Sequence record: KX397373.1
Strand: one strand, 5' to 3'
DNA length: 64,000 bases
In this document: positions 45,925 through 56,582 of the stretch, one piece after another
How the letters are laid out: each line of letters begins with the position of its first letter
Numbering within the stretch: position 1 is the stretch's first letter
Notes under the pieces: model-generated
The model's database searches: none
Seen by the model: only the letters and a program-made list of their open reading frames with translations
Told to the model about the DNA's origin: nothing
Position numbers and translations under genes: made by a program

Positions 45925-46368
45925 ATGACTCACAAAGTCTCTTTGAACTCGTTAGTTCTCGATTTTAAACGCACCAACGAAGGCAAGGGCGTACAAGCCC
46001 AGCGTGCCCTGACAGGGCTGGTTGCCTTTGCACTGGCCTACGCTGCTGACCTGCCGAACAATGGCCAGATGGGTGCCTCCGAAGTGGTGGGCCTGAAACT
46101 GCGTCCGATCATGCGCAACATCGTGTCTGATGTGAACGAGCTGTACTGCGTTGACCTCGGCACGATTGAAGACCTGACTGTGGGATTGTATTGCAACCGC
46201 TACAACCAGGTCTGGGGTGGGCGCTTTGCTCTCGACTCTTTCTCGGTGAAAGAAATTTTCCACGATGCCGTGGGTGAAGATGTGTGGGACACTGTCGGTC
46301 TGTGGATTGGACGTTTCGCAGAAGCAGTGAACTTCTACATCGCTGAAACGCGAGGTCAGATTTCATGA
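45925..46368 (+). CDS. probable virion protein
   Basis: AGGGTG RBS; head-gene block. Confidence 0.75.
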   Translation: MTHKVSLNSLVLDFKRTNEGKGVQAQRALTGLVAFALAYAADLPNNGQMGASEVVGLKLRPIMRNIVSDVNELYCVDLGTIEDLTVGLYCNRYNQVWGGRFALDSFSVKEIFHDAVGEDVWDTVGLWIGRFAEAVNFYIAETRGQIS

Positions 46369-48065
46369 CAATGGAAATGACGGGCAACAACACCCCACCC
46401 CAATGGCAACTCGGGGAAATTGGGGATGTGGTGCGCTCCCGCCTTGAGGAGCGCGTCTCGACGGTCAGCCAGCTTAACCTGTACATGCAGCGTAACGAAG
46501 CTGACCTGATTTACGGTTCGCGTCTGTTGATGCAAATCGAAGCCATTCTGCACGAGGTACGACGTTCCGGCTTGTCTCGTGACCTGGCAGTCGCAGTCGA
46601 GTCTACCCGTCCGGGTACTATCTCCCCGACTACCCGTTCTATTCTGACGTCGAACTTCACGAAGACCGGCCAGAAAGAAACCGTGGTGGCGCTGGAGTCC
46701 TGGGCAAACGCCGGGAAGATTGGCCTGATTATCCTGGCTCTGTCCTCAGTGATTAAAATCCTGGGCTGGATCATGGAGAAAGGTTCCGGTTTCGCCGGTG
46801 ATGGTGGGCGCGATGAAGGTGCGTATAAAGAAGGCGTTGACAGCAAAGTCGAAAGCTTTAAAGTCGACGGTACCACGGTACTTGACCAGCTGAATATCAC
46901 CGCCATCAAAGACGCGTACATGGAAGCAGCAAAAGGTCTGAAAGGGCGTGCCCTGGAAAACCTGAACCTGGCCGTGACCCTCGCCGATGAAGTCTTCTCG
47001 AACATGAAAGCCGAAGAGTATCTGAATGCGCTCTCTAACGCACAGAAACGCTCTCCATTCACTAACCTGTTCAAAGGCTACAGCGAACGTCGTCAAAGCC
47101 AGCAGAGTGTGATTCACGACCTTCTGGACACCCTCCTGCAACTGAACGTGACTTCCGGCGTCTATCCGCATCAGACCGCGGAGAAAGCGTACCAGGGCTT
47201 ACCGCCATCGGTGCGTAAAGCCGGGGTGAAAATCCCGAACGAGATGAACTACAAACAAGCCTCCAACGTGGTGGGTGAACTGACCGGTTACTTTGGTAAC
47301 TTGCAGAAAACCTTCCACGAACTGGCTGCTCCGGCGTTGCTGGACAGTTACCAGAAAGGTGGCAAGTCGCAGGGCATCGAAGGGATTGGCACGCTGTTCG
47401 GTCAGGCGCTGCAATCGCTGAACACCACGCTGTCCGGTTCTATCTCGGATGGTGCTGGCAGAGGCTTTAGCTCCTCGTCCTTTGCGGTCGTGGCTATCAA
47501 GCCGGAACAAGAGCGTGATTTGGTCGGCTACAACATCTACGACAACCTCGGCAGTCAGCGTAAGCTGGCGGTCGCCACCGGTACAGCCTTCCTTGGGGCG
47601 GCCTGTCTGGAAGAGTTGCGTCAGAATGTTAAGCTCTCTGTGGGCGATGAGCGTGAGCTGTTAGCAGTGGTCGTGAGCCTCGGCAAAACCGGGTTTACCA
47701 CCAACACCTACGACACCAACCTCAACAAATACAGCACCCTCAACAAAGCCGTTGAGCAAACGCTGAAAGAGTTAGAGGCGTGGCAGAAGCAGATGAAGAA
47801 CAGTGACGGCGGGTTTGTGAAATACATCTCCGACGTCATCGCCACTGAGCTGAAACGTAATCCTACCGGACTGCGTACCAGCGGACGTGAACTGTCCATG
47901 ACGTATATGGATGGGGACGGTGATTTCTTCGAAGCGCTGAAAGCCAACATCACGCTGGTGAAACGTCTCTGTGAAGGGGTCGGGTCGTTGCAGGTGGTGC
48001 TCTCGCGTGCCAAGCTGAACCCACTGGTGAAAGGCAATCGACAGACTGCTGAATCTGACGATTAA
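46365..48065 (+). CDS. virion head/ejection protein with A-x-E processing motif
   Basis: VVALES followed by a hydrophobic helix; synteny with the SPN3US head block. Confidence 0.7.
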   Translation: MTMEMTGNNTPPQWQLGEIGDVVRSRLEERVSTVSQLNLYMQRNEADLIYGSRLLMQIEAILHEVRRSGLSRDLAVAVESTRPGTISPTTRSILTSNFTKTGQKETVVALESWANAGKIGLIILALSSVIKILGWIMEKGSGFAGDGGRDEGAYKEGVDSKVESFKVDGTTVLDQLNITAIKDAYMEAAKGLKGRALENLNLAVTLADEVFSNMKAEEYLNALSNAQKRSPFTNLFKGYSERRQSQQSVIHDLLDTLLQLNVTSGVYPHQTAEKAYQGLPPSVRKAGVKIPNEMNYKQASNVVGELTGYFGNLQKTFHELAAPALLDSYQKGGKSQGIEGIGTLFGQALQSLNTTLSGSISDGAGRGFSSSSFAVVAIKPEQERDLVGYNIYDNLGSQRKLAVATGTAFLGAACLEELRQNVKLSVGDERELLAVVVSLGKTGFTTNTYDTNLNKYSTLNKAVEQTLKELEAWQKQMKNSDGGFVKYISDVIATELKRNPTGLRTSGRELSMTYMDGDGDFFEALKANITLVKRLCEGVGSLQVVLSRAKLNPLVKGNRQTAESDD

Positions 48066-48074
48066 AATAAAGGC

Positions 48075-48110
48075 TACCCACTCCCGCAAAGGAGTGGGTA
48101 GTTCTTTTTT
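48075..48110. terminator. bidirectional terminator, exact inverted copy of 42176..42201
   Basis: TACCCACTCC-CGCAAA-GGAGTGGGTA followed by a T tract. Confidence 0.85.
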
Positions 48111-51066
48111 ATTCTTTCGTGGTATCGTGACGGTTGTACGAGATAACGATGTCGTCTTTTAACCCGATGTCCCCGTTGGCTTCCACATCGAGTTTCTTCC
48201 CGATGGTTGCCCGTGAGGCTTCGGAGACCACAGTGAACAGACGCATATCTTTGTCTGGCCCCATGTTATCCAACTCTACCCCAATCACTGACCCTTCCAG
48301 TGCGGTCTTCAACAGGTTCCCGATTTCCGTGGCGGACACGGTCAAGTTCGCGGCCAGGTAATCGTTGATGACTTGTGAGGTCTTCTTCCGAATCTGGGCT
48401 AACAAATCAGTATTGTTGCGGTTCGCAGCAGTCAGGTAGTATTTCACCGTGAACTGATTCTCGGCCGGGATAGGTGTCACCACCCCGTCTTCCGTACGGC
48501 AATCAATGTAACCCATCGTGGTGATAGGCACGAAGAAGCCGTCGGTCTGTTCGAGCAGAATCGGTTTCAGCTTCGGTAACGTCCCGGTCACGTAGTTAAC
48601 AATGTCGTCTACTACCGAGGCCAGATACTGCTGGGCGGTTTGGGTAGTAGCGAATTTGTAACGGGCATCAAACACCGCCATCTCACTGCGGAATTTAATG
48701 CTACGCGGTTTGGCAATCACCGGTTGGCCATAGTCATCCATCACGAGGGTGTTCTTCTCGTGCTCGATTTCCTGTTTCCCGGTTACCGGGTCTATCACCG
48801 GGTCACCTTTCCGGTGCTCGTAGACAATCTGCAACGGCGGTGTAGCGGCGGGGTCGTACTTGTATTCCGGTACCCCCTCAGCATCACGTTTAATCACATC
48901 CACTTTCCAGGTGGCTAACACATCCTCCTGGTAATACTCGTAGTTGATGGTGTCCGTTACCGCACGGGCTTTACGCCAGTAGTAGGTCAGGGCTTTCCCC
49001 AGTTCGATTTTGAAAATCTCATGGGTGACACCAATCGCATCACGAGACGGCAGGGTGATTAAGGTGTCCATTTCCGCACGTTCGTAGTTCCCCGGATAGT
49101 AACCCGTGGTACCGTAGAACACGTTGAAGTCAGTTAGCAGGGCCACCGGCGTATCGACCGGATTCTCACTGGTCATGCGGGTGTTGGTCAGCACCAGTTC
49201 GTCGTTACGGTCAACGTCGAGGTTACTTTCCAGCAAGAACTCCCAGACACGTTCATTCCCTTGCTTACCCACCAGTTCCCCGTTGATGTACGCCAACGTG
49301 CCGTCTGAGTTACGTGGGGTAAAGGAGATTTGCGCAAACACCTGTGAGTCGTCCAGGGCTTGGTACGGGGGTTCGGATTTGGTGACTGTCCGCAACACGT
49401 ACCCGGCTTCGGTCCTCTCAATGGTGTAGTCCGCGGTAACCACTGACAGTTCCGTGGTGACGTTGGTGGTAATGAAGCGCTTCGAACTAAGCTGGGGTTT
49501 GTCCAGCTGATAGATACGTACATCGATGGCTTTGTTGTTGATGTCCACCACGTAGAAGAACGGGGTGAACAGATACCGCGAGGTGTTCCCGGCGTTCACC
49601 AGGTCCTCCTTACGCATCGTTTTCGCCAACTCAGTCATCTGCGCATCAATCGACAGACTGGTATCGGTAAAGCGGTACAGCGTATCCGGGCCAATCGTCA
49701 GGCGGTTGCCGTTCACCTTCACCGTGGACAGCGCCACCAATTCATCCCAGGAGAAATACAGCGGGGCGGTAATCGTCCCAATCGGGGTACTGACCTTAGA
49801 GATGGTGGAGTCCATCATCGGTGCCGTCAGGAAGTAGGTACGGCCAGTGACGTAGTCGTTCGGTTTAGACAGAGTCAGGCCGTAATCCGACACGGTGGCT
49901 TCCAGTTGTTTCTCGGTTACCGGTAACCGACGGGCACCCACCGCGTTGTTCACCACACGCTCACGCAGTTCGTCAAACGACAATTGTCCCCGACCCCCTT
50001 TCGCCATCTTCCCGGCGGCCGCCGCCAGCATTTTAATGGAGAAGGACTTAATCGGGTTGACGTAGTTGGCGTCATACTCGCTGTTGAAATCGCGCAGAGC
50101 AAAGGTGTACTCATCAGCCGGATAAGCCGAGATATCCAGACTGATGGGGCCGAGCGTGGTGTAGACATCCATACGCACTTCACCACTCACCAGATTCTTC
50201 GCCATGTAAATGGACGGAATGGTGCACCGGAGACTGGATGAGCCCACCTGAATCAATGCTGTGGGAGTGTTCGGGTCATACACGTCACGGTTGTGTGTGT
50301 GACTGATTTCCACCCAGGTGGTGGTGTTCAGTAACTTGACCCACACCCGCACGTAGAAGAACTTGTTGGTGTAGGCACGGGTCATCACGAAGGTGTTCTG
50401 CCCTTCGACCGTGTCCGATTCCGACTTCACCGAATACTGCATCGTTGGGATGTGAATCGCCAGCAGCTGTGAGGTGGTGGTGTTGGTGCTGGTCAACTCC
50501 CATTCCAGGGCATTGGTGGATACCGGAGAAATCGGGGACTGGTTCTCGGTAATCCACAACACCTGAAACGCCGGGGACTCGTTGGTGCCGTACGGCAACA
50601 CACGAATCTCGATGGGGTACTGAATCGCAAACGGGTAGCCCGAGACGTTAAACACGGTGTCGCGGGGAATCACCACTTTACGAATCCCGGCGACATTCAA
50701 CGGATAGGCTTTCGACAGAATCGAGTCCACATCCAACAGCAGAATCAGTTCGGTACTGCCGGGTTGTGCAAACACGTCCACGTAGTCAACGTCCGACATG
50801 TGGCGGAACAAATCGTCGTAGGTTTGGGCCATGCTCGCAAACGTCTTCGGTACCGTTTCCCGCGAACCCATGATAGTCGTGTGGCCAATCATTGTGCCCA
50901 TCTCAGCCAGGTAGGCCACCGGGTCAGTCGGGTCACGCAGCAGAATCTGCCCTTCGGCGTCTTCGACATCCTGGAGATGGTTTAACTGAATCGACTGCAT
51001 CGCGGCGGGGTGGTGTGCCAGCAGCAGCAGATTGTCAGCCATCGTTTTATACGTATTTGAACTCAT
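48109..51066 (-). CDS. baseplate wedge protein (baseplate J/gp6-like)
   Basis: 985 aa, beta-rich, with the J-like motif GGRGQLSFDELRERV. Confidence 0.65.
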   Translation of the reverse strand: MSSNTYKTMADNLLLLAHHPAAMQSIQLNHLQDVEDAEGQILLRDPTDPVAYLAEMGTMIGHTTIMGSRETVPKTFASMAQTYDDLFRHMSDVDYVDVFAQPGSTELILLLDVDSILSKAYPLNVAGIRKVVIPRDTVFNVSGYPFAIQYPIEIRVLPYGTNESPAFQVLWITENQSPISPVSTNALEWELTSTNTTTSQLLAIHIPTMQYSVKSESDTVEGQNTFVMTRAYTNKFFYVRVWVKLLNTTTWVEISHTHNRDVYDPNTPTALIQVGSSSLRCTIPSIYMAKNLVSGEVRMDVYTTLGPISLDISAYPADEYTFALRDFNSEYDANYVNPIKSFSIKMLAAAAGKMAKGGRGQLSFDELRERVVNNAVGARRLPVTEKQLEATVSDYGLTLSKPNDYVTGRTYFLTAPMMDSTISKVSTPIGTITAPLYFSWDELVALSTVKVNGNRLTIGPDTLYRFTDTSLSIDAQMTELAKTMRKEDLVNAGNTSRYLFTPFFYVVDINNKAIDVRIYQLDKPQLSSKRFITTNVTTELSVVTADYTIERTEAGYVLRTVTKSEPPYQALDDSQVFAQISFTPRNSDGTLAYINGELVGKQGNERVWEFLLESNLDVDRNDELVLTNTRMTSENPVDTPVALLTDFNVFYGTTGYYPGNYERAEMDTLITLPSRDAIGVTHEIFKIELGKALTYYWRKARAVTDTINYEYYQEDVLATWKVDVIKRDAEGVPEYKYDPAATPPLQIVYEHRKGDPVIDPVTGKQEIEHEKNTLVMDDYGQPVIAKPRSIKFRSEMAVFDARYKFATTQTAQQYLASVVDDIVNYVTGTLPKLKPILLEQTDGFFVPITTMGYIDCRTEDGVVTPIPAENQFTVKYYLTAANRNNTDLLAQIRKKTSQVINDYLAANLTVSATEIGNLLKTALEGSVIGVELDNMGPDKDMRLFTVVSEASRATIGKKLDVEANGDIGLKDDIVISYNRHDTTKE

Positions 51067-52364
51067 TAGGTGGCACTCGACGTTACGAGGGCATTGCCTG
51101 CATTATCCAACAGACCTGCCTTCTTGAGAATGTGCTGGTAATCGTTTTGATAAACGTACCAGGTGAGTTTACGCCGCAAGGTGTCGATGTGGGGATAGCC
51201 GTAATAGTTGAATAACGGCAACAGCTGCGGTGCAATGGGTACCAGTTGGTCAGAACCAATCGGCTGGAAGTTACCGCTGGCCACACTGCCCGGCACCGGG
51301 AGCATATCCGGGTTAAACATCCCCACCACGGCATTGAACATCTCCATGTACAGCGGGTCATCGAAACGGGCACCGATAAACTGCCAGTTCAGGTTGATGG
51401 TGGTGTCATCCTGCATCTGCGGTTTGGAGTTATCGACGTTGGCCATTTGTCCGGCGTTGTCGTTCATCGGCCAACCCACACAGGCTGTCCAGAAACGGGT
51501 GATGTTTCCCAACGCATCGTAACGCAGACCGTATGCGCGTGACTGGTAATCGATACGGCGTTGAATCGAGTTACGCATTTTCGGCTTGAACTTGCCCATC
51601 TTAATCCCGGACATGTACTCCAGCCAAATCCCCATCATGCGCATCACCGGGTTCCCGTACGGGTTGTTCAGCGTCATGGACATGCTGTACTGGTTGTTGA
51701 CCTCGTGGGTCGAATCAACCATCCCCCACTGCTCACGCATAATCCCTTCGTTCGACATCCAGTTATCCACACTCTGATCCGGCATCCCGGAGAGGCTCAG
51801 TAACTGTGTGCTGAGCAATGGTATGAATGCCTGAAGATTGTCGAACATGATTTCCGAGAGGAACGGTGTACCCAGACGGTTCACCCGACGCCCCTTCACC
51901 ATCGGTGGGTCGGAGAAACCTAACTCAAAGTCAGGGTCTAACGCCGCCAAAATGGAATAGTCAAGTGAGGACCGAGGCTGTGACGCCATGTTAGACATTT
52001 TGCGTGAGTTCGCAATGTTGTCAAAGCACAGGTTGAAGTCCGGTCGGGTAATAAAGGTTAACCCACCGTATTCCCGGTTAATCGGCGTAGGGTTAGACGC
52101 CATCATATGGTTAAACCCCATATAGGGGTTGGTCATACGCTGCGCAGCTAGACCCAAACCTACTGTAAGACGGATGCGATCATTCCACCCGGACAGTTCA
52201 CTGTTCTTGTCGTACGCGGTGGTCGGGTTATTGCTGTTTAACCGCCCGTTGAAATACCCCGCGACAGACGGGACTGCATCCTGGTTATTGGGGTTCAGTT
52301 CGGTGTCGGTCAAATCGGTATTCGGGTCATACCCCGGATTGTTCTTATCAGTCTCGTTACTCAT
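51066..52364 (-). CDS. baseplate tube-like (tube initiator) protein
   Basis: Tail-tube-like pattern (long helix MMGIWLEYM, DY..R, C.GWP, terminal strand NLNWQF); coupled to the wedge gene. Confidence 0.55.
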   Translation of the reverse strand: MSNETDKNNPGYDPNTDLTDTELNPNNQDAVPSVAGYFNGRLNSNNPTTAYDKNSELSGWNDRIRLTVGLGLAAQRMTNPYMGFNHMMASNPTPINREYGGLTFITRPDFNLCFDNIANSRKMSNMASQPRSSLDYSILAALDPDFELGFSDPPMVKGRRVNRLGTPFLSEIMFDNLQAFIPLLSTQLLSLSGMPDQSVDNWMSNEGIMREQWGMVDSTHEVNNQYSMSMTLNNPYGNPVMRMMGIWLEYMSGIKMGKFKPKMRNSIQRRIDYQSRAYGLRYDALGNITRFWTACVGWPMNDNAGQMANVDNSKPQMQDDTTINLNWQFIGARFDDPLYMEMFNAVVGMFNPDMLPVPGSVASGNFQPIGSDQLVPIAPQLLPLFNYYGYPHIDTLRRKLTWYVYQNDYQHILKKAGLLDNAGNALVTSSAT

Positions 52365-52390
52365 CTTTAACTCCGGAGTTTAGCTAAAAA

Positions 52391-53644
52391 ATGTCAGATA
52401 AAACACTTGAGACCTCAGTGGTCAATATTCTCTCGAGATTCCCTGACTTGCTGCGCCAGCGCGCAGAGTCAACGGAAGAATTCAACGCGGTGCTTAACAA
52501 TGAGCACATCACGCTGGTTGAGCAAAGCCTACTGGGTCTGGATTATCTTCCGGGTATTCTCGAAAAACTCCAAATCTTGCTGGCTGCTAACCAGTTGACC
52601 GCAATCTCTTTGCTGGTCGGTGTTCCTGAGGTAGATATCCTCGGCACCCTGGACAAAGTTAGCACCCAACGTAATGTCCTGGACAACGCCGCACGCAGCG
52701 GCGCACGCCTGGCGAAGTTTGCCGTGGGCGAGTCATCCCGCTTTGGCTTGCCGTCATACGATAAAACCGCCATCGCCGTGGGTGAATCTCGCCGTCCGGG
52801 TGGTCGTGGTCGAGGCAGTGATTTCATGATGGGCGCAAACGCCAAGTATGACGATTACTCCTCTATTGGTGGCGATAACGTGACCAATAACGACAACAGC
52901 CGTAACGACAACCGTACCACGAACCACACGGTCAATAACATTGACGGTTCAGGTAAGGCCGGGAAAGTCGCCGCGACACTGCCGAGCAACACCCTGAAAC
53001 AACTGCATGAGCAGGAAGGGTTGTCTAACGGTAAGCTGTTCTCGGTGACCTTCGAGCGTGACGGTAATAAGGTTGAGCTGCCAATGCAGTTACGCCTGGC
53101 GGTGAAATCCCTGCCAACCGAACAAATCGAAACTATCATTGCATTCAGCGACCAGACCAAAACGTTCTGGGAACGTGTGCTGCGTGCCAAGGTGGGTTCT
53201 CTGAGCTACGCGAAAGACATCGCGCTGTGTAACGACCTTATCGACGAGTACCGTAAGAACCGCTACCGTGATAAGTCCGGCTACTACCGCAAGATGATGG
53301 AGAAGAAGAACGGCAATTGGCTGTCTGGTCTGCTGAGTCTGTCTCCGTCTATCAACAACGCCTCGTCTATCATGGTGGTGTCGCAGGACACTATCGACGG
53401 GCTGTCTGCCCAGCTCGGTGGTGACTTCGACGACTTCAACGTCCGTCAGCGTGTGTTCCAGGATACCCTGACAGTTTACTACGTTGTGGTAGACACCGTC
53501 TGGAACCGTGTCACCATCTATACTCGTGGCCAGGCTTCTCCGCGTGAAATGGACAAGTCTGACTTTAGTAAAGCGAAGGCCGGTAGCGGCGATGTGAATA
53601 AAATCATCGAAGCTTATCGTTCAGGCGCGCAACCGGTTCTTTAA
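52391..53644 (+). CDS. virion head protein
   Basis: Repeated AVGES motifs; synteny with the phiKZ inner-body block. Confidence 0.7.
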   Translation: MSDKTLETSVVNILSRFPDLLRQRAESTEEFNAVLNNEHITLVEQSLLGLDYLPGILEKLQILLAANQLTAISLLVGVPEVDILGTLDKVSTQRNVLDNAARSGARLAKFAVGESSRFGLPSYDKTAIAVGESRRPGGRGRGSDFMMGANAKYDDYSSIGGDNVTNNDNSRNDNRTTNHTVNNIDGSGKAGKVAATLPSNTLKQLHEQEGLSNGKLFSVTFERDGNKVELPMQLRLAVKSLPTEQIETIIAFSDQTKTFWERVLRAKVGSLSYAKDIALCNDLIDEYRKNRYRDKSGYYRKMMEKKNGNWLSGLLSLSPSINNASSIMVVSQDTIDGLSAQLGGDFDDFNVRQRVFQDTLTVYYVVVDTVWNRVTIYTRGQASPREMDKSDFSKAKAGSGDVNKIIEAYRSGAQPVL

Positions 53645-53654
53645 GGGGTAAGAA

Positions 53655-54593
53655 ATGCCGATTCCAAATGCGTTGGCGATGCTACTGCCAACTTTCGAAT
53701 CTACGAATTTGAAAAACCAACTGTCATCCAACTGCGATGCCATTGGTGATGCGTTACTGCCACAGTTCGTGAACTTGCAAGAACTCGTGGGCACAGTCCA
53801 GGGCAAACAGTTTAAGTCTAAGCCGGTTGCCGAGTTATCCGAGAACTTCGTGAAGTATCTCCATCAGTCCGGTCTGGACGTGAAGGGGCTGCGTAACGCC
53901 AGTATGCTCGAGTACGTGATTGCGTCCATGGAAAACGTTCTGCAACTGCGCCCGTTCCTGGAACAGTGCATTACCCGTGACATCGGCAAAACGCTGGTGA
54001 CATCCTCGCTGACGTTCAACAAACAAACCGTGTTGCAGATACTCGACCTGATCGACTTCTTCACCGGTTACAGCAGCATCCTGGTCAACTACATCACCGC
54101 CGAAGAAATTGCGTCTATCGAAGGGTCGAACATTGCAGTGAAGGGAATCGGTCCGAAAGACCTTCAGTACCTGCAAACGCGTTCTATCTCTTACGGTATT
54201 GCGGTGCGTGTGCTGGCGACGCCGATTGCTAAGTTGAAAGCGGACTACGCGGAAATCCCCGAAGCCGTCTTCGATGAAGACACGTACAACGATTTAGTCA
54301 AACAGTTCGGTTCGAGCTCGACTGATCCGTTGGGTATGTCTTCTGTCCCGTTCCCGTTATCGCTCATCTACCGTGCACGCCTGAACTGGGCCGAGTGGCA
54401 GATGGATCGTTACGACGAATGTGTCGAAGCTGCTAAGGCGACGGAACTGCGTATCCTGCTGTACAAAAAGCAACAGGCCGACGGTAAGGGTGATGCGCAC
54501 ATTGAGAAACTCATCGAAGCGCACGAAAAGCGTTTGATGGAACTCAAGTACAAACGTGAGCGTCTGGAGAAAAAATACGGGTTGGCTGCGTAA
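53655..54593 (+). CDS. virion head protein
   Basis: AAGGGG RBS; head block synteny. Confidence 0.75.
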   Translation: MPIPNALAMLLPTFESTNLKNQLSSNCDAIGDALLPQFVNLQELVGTVQGKQFKSKPVAELSENFVKYLHQSGLDVKGLRNASMLEYVIASMENVLQLRPFLEQCITRDIGKTLVTSSLTFNKQTVLQILDLIDFFTGYSSILVNYITAEEIASIEGSNIAVKGIGPKDLQYLQTRSISYGIAVRVLATPIAKLKADYAEIPEAVFDEDTYNDLVKQFGSSSTDPLGMSSVPFPLSLIYRARLNWAEWQMDRYDECVEAAKATELRILLYKKQQADGKGDAHIEKLIEAHEKRLMELKYKRERLEKKYGLAA

Positions 54594-54614
54594 GCCCGTT
54601 AGCAGGAGTGTCTC

Positions 54615-55175
54615 ATGTCTGTAGAAACCAATCCGGATTTTAATCTGGCCGAGAAGAAAATCAAAAACTTCATGGCCATCATGACCCAAAACCCCGTGGA
54701 AACACACGACGATAAGTTGATTCACGAAACGCTGCAAGCGTGTGCGGTGGTCTTGCCTTACTTTCGTATGCTGGGTGCCCAGTCCGTCCAGGATGTATTA
54801 TATGACGAATATCCGCAAGTCGGTTTTACGTTTAATACGTTCTACAACGAGTCTGTCGCATTCTTGCTGGATGGCAAGCGCCGTTCAACGTCCCTTGGCC
54901 AGTGGTCGGTGTTGATGACAACGTACATGAACGACGTACACAACACCAAGTCTGTAGAACATACCGGTGGACTGGGTAGCCGCTTGATTGCAGCTGCTTA
55001 CGGTCGTGCGGGTAAAGTTCGTGATATGGGTAAAGCACATCAAACGTGGACAGCGGATGCGCGCCTATTATCTTATGCAGACCACGAACTGCTGGCACGG
55101 TGGATGACACGTCCTAACGGGTTGTCTGATATGATCTCGTCGTTAGCAGTGTTTTTAAAAATCGCACGTCCCTAA
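54615..55175 (+). CDS. probable virion head protein
   Basis: AGGAG RBS; head block synteny. Confidence 0.75.
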   Translation: MSVETNPDFNLAEKKIKNFMAIMTQNPVETHDDKLIHETLQACAVVLPYFRMLGAQSVQDVLYDEYPQVGFTFNTFYNESVAFLLDGKRRSTSLGQWSVLMTTYMNDVHNTKSVEHTGGLGSRLIAAAYGRAGKVRDMGKAHQTWTADARLLSYADHELLARWMTRPNGLSDMISSLAVFLKIARP

Positions 55176-55230
55176 GGGGGCCCCTATCCAGGGGCGTGTA
55201 ATTGGGTTATAACCAAAGGAACCAAACGAA

Positions 55231-56511
55231 ATGGCAAATTTTGCACAACGTAAGATGGCCCGCGAGTCCGTTGAGACCGAAGGCGATGTAATCGACGGTA
55301 TCAGCAACGTTGAACCGGCTGAAGAAAACATCGACGTCCAGCTGGCCGAAGTTGCCTCTATGGACGGTCAGCTCGAGCAGCTGGAAGGTGACGGCGAAAC
55401 TCTGTCTACTGACACCCAGCGTACCGAAGCAGCGATCGACTCTGCTGACGAAGCGATCGAAAACGGCGAAGAACAACCGGAAGAAGCCATTGCCCACACC
55501 GAAGTGGCGCAAGAGTCTATCCGTCGTCGCTGGGGCATTGACCGCACCAAACTGGCGCGTGAATCATTCCGCCGTGGTCGTGGCATGACCAAAGCCGCTC
55601 AGGAAGGCTGGAAAGATACCCTGAAGGATCTGTACAAGCGCTTCATCGAATTCTGTAAAGAAGTGATTGGCAAGATCAAAGATCTGAAACTGAAATACAT
55701 CAACGTTGGTAAGTCGGCGCAGAAACGTGCGAAGGCGTACCAGGAAGCGATCCGTAAGCTGGGCAAAGTTAAGAGCGGCAAAGATAACATCTCTGGCGGC
55801 TTCATTAGCAAACTGTCTATCGAAGGTAAATTCGACGTTGCTGGTTCTATCGCTATCGCGAAAGACGTGACCGGCGGTAAAGTGAAAGGCGCGATCACTG
55901 CTCTGTCTAAACAGGCTGATGAAACTGCGGTTGCTGTTGCCAAAGGCACCGGCGATGCGTTCTCTGCGCTGAAAGGCAACGAAGCTGTGACTCTGTTCGG
56001 TACTGCTGCGACCAAACTGCGCAACCTGCCGCAGTTCGAAGATGCTGAATCTCAGCGTCTGCTGGCCCTGCCGGGCAACGCGTACATCCAGTCTGGTAAT
56101 AAGAAACTGGCTGGCGGTCATGATTTCACCGCGATCGCGTTCATGTCAACTGGCGACAACAGCGAAGAGAAAGAAGTGTCTGTACCTAACGCTTCTGCTC
56201 TGTCTTCTGCTGCGTCTGCGCTGGACTCTATCGGCAAGAGCTTTGAAGCTGTGCTGAAAGATTTCCGTGTGTATGACACCGAAATCGAGAAGCTGCAACA
56301 GGCAGCTGAGAAAGCGGCTTCTGCGCTGGATAAATCCAACGACGAAACCGAGTGGGAAGGTCTGCGTTCTGCACGCTCTGCGGCTGACCAGTCTGTTAAG
56401 AACTACCAGACTCTGAACCGTGCCGTGAACTACGTTGGTAACACTGTTATCAGCGGCCTGAACGGTTACATCGGTGCTGGTATCGGCGCGTACGAAAAGT
56501 CTAAAGCTTAA
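55231..56511 (+). CDS. abundant head ejection/inner-body protein (phiKZ gp93 / SPN3US gp53 family)
   Basis: Acidic propeptide with ARES, AQES and AQEG sites, then an amphipathic helix; extreme codon bias. Confidence 0.8.
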   Translation: MANFAQRKMARESVETEGDVIDGISNVEPAEENIDVQLAEVASMDGQLEQLEGDGETLSTDTQRTEAAIDSADEAIENGEEQPEEAIAHTEVAQESIRRRWGIDRTKLARESFRRGRGMTKAAQEGWKDTLKDLYKRFIEFCKEVIGKIKDLKLKYINVGKSAQKRAKAYQEAIRKLGKVKSGKDNISGGFISKLSIEGKFDVAGSIAIAKDVTGGKVKGAITALSKQADETAVAVAKGTGDAFSALKGNEAVTLFGTAATKLRNLPQFEDAESQRLLALPGNAYIQSGNKKLAGGHDFTAIAFMSTGDNSEEKEVSVPNASALSSAASALDSIGKSFEAVLKDFRVYDTEIEKLQQAAEKAASALDKSNDETEWEGLRSARSAADQSVKNYQTLNRAVNYVGNTVISGLNGYIGAGIGAYEKSKA

Positions 56512-56582
56512 TCGTATAGCTGTAGCTCGGTTTCCAAATCATTAACGGCGGTACAAGTGTGCCGCCCAGAGGATCAAAGAAG

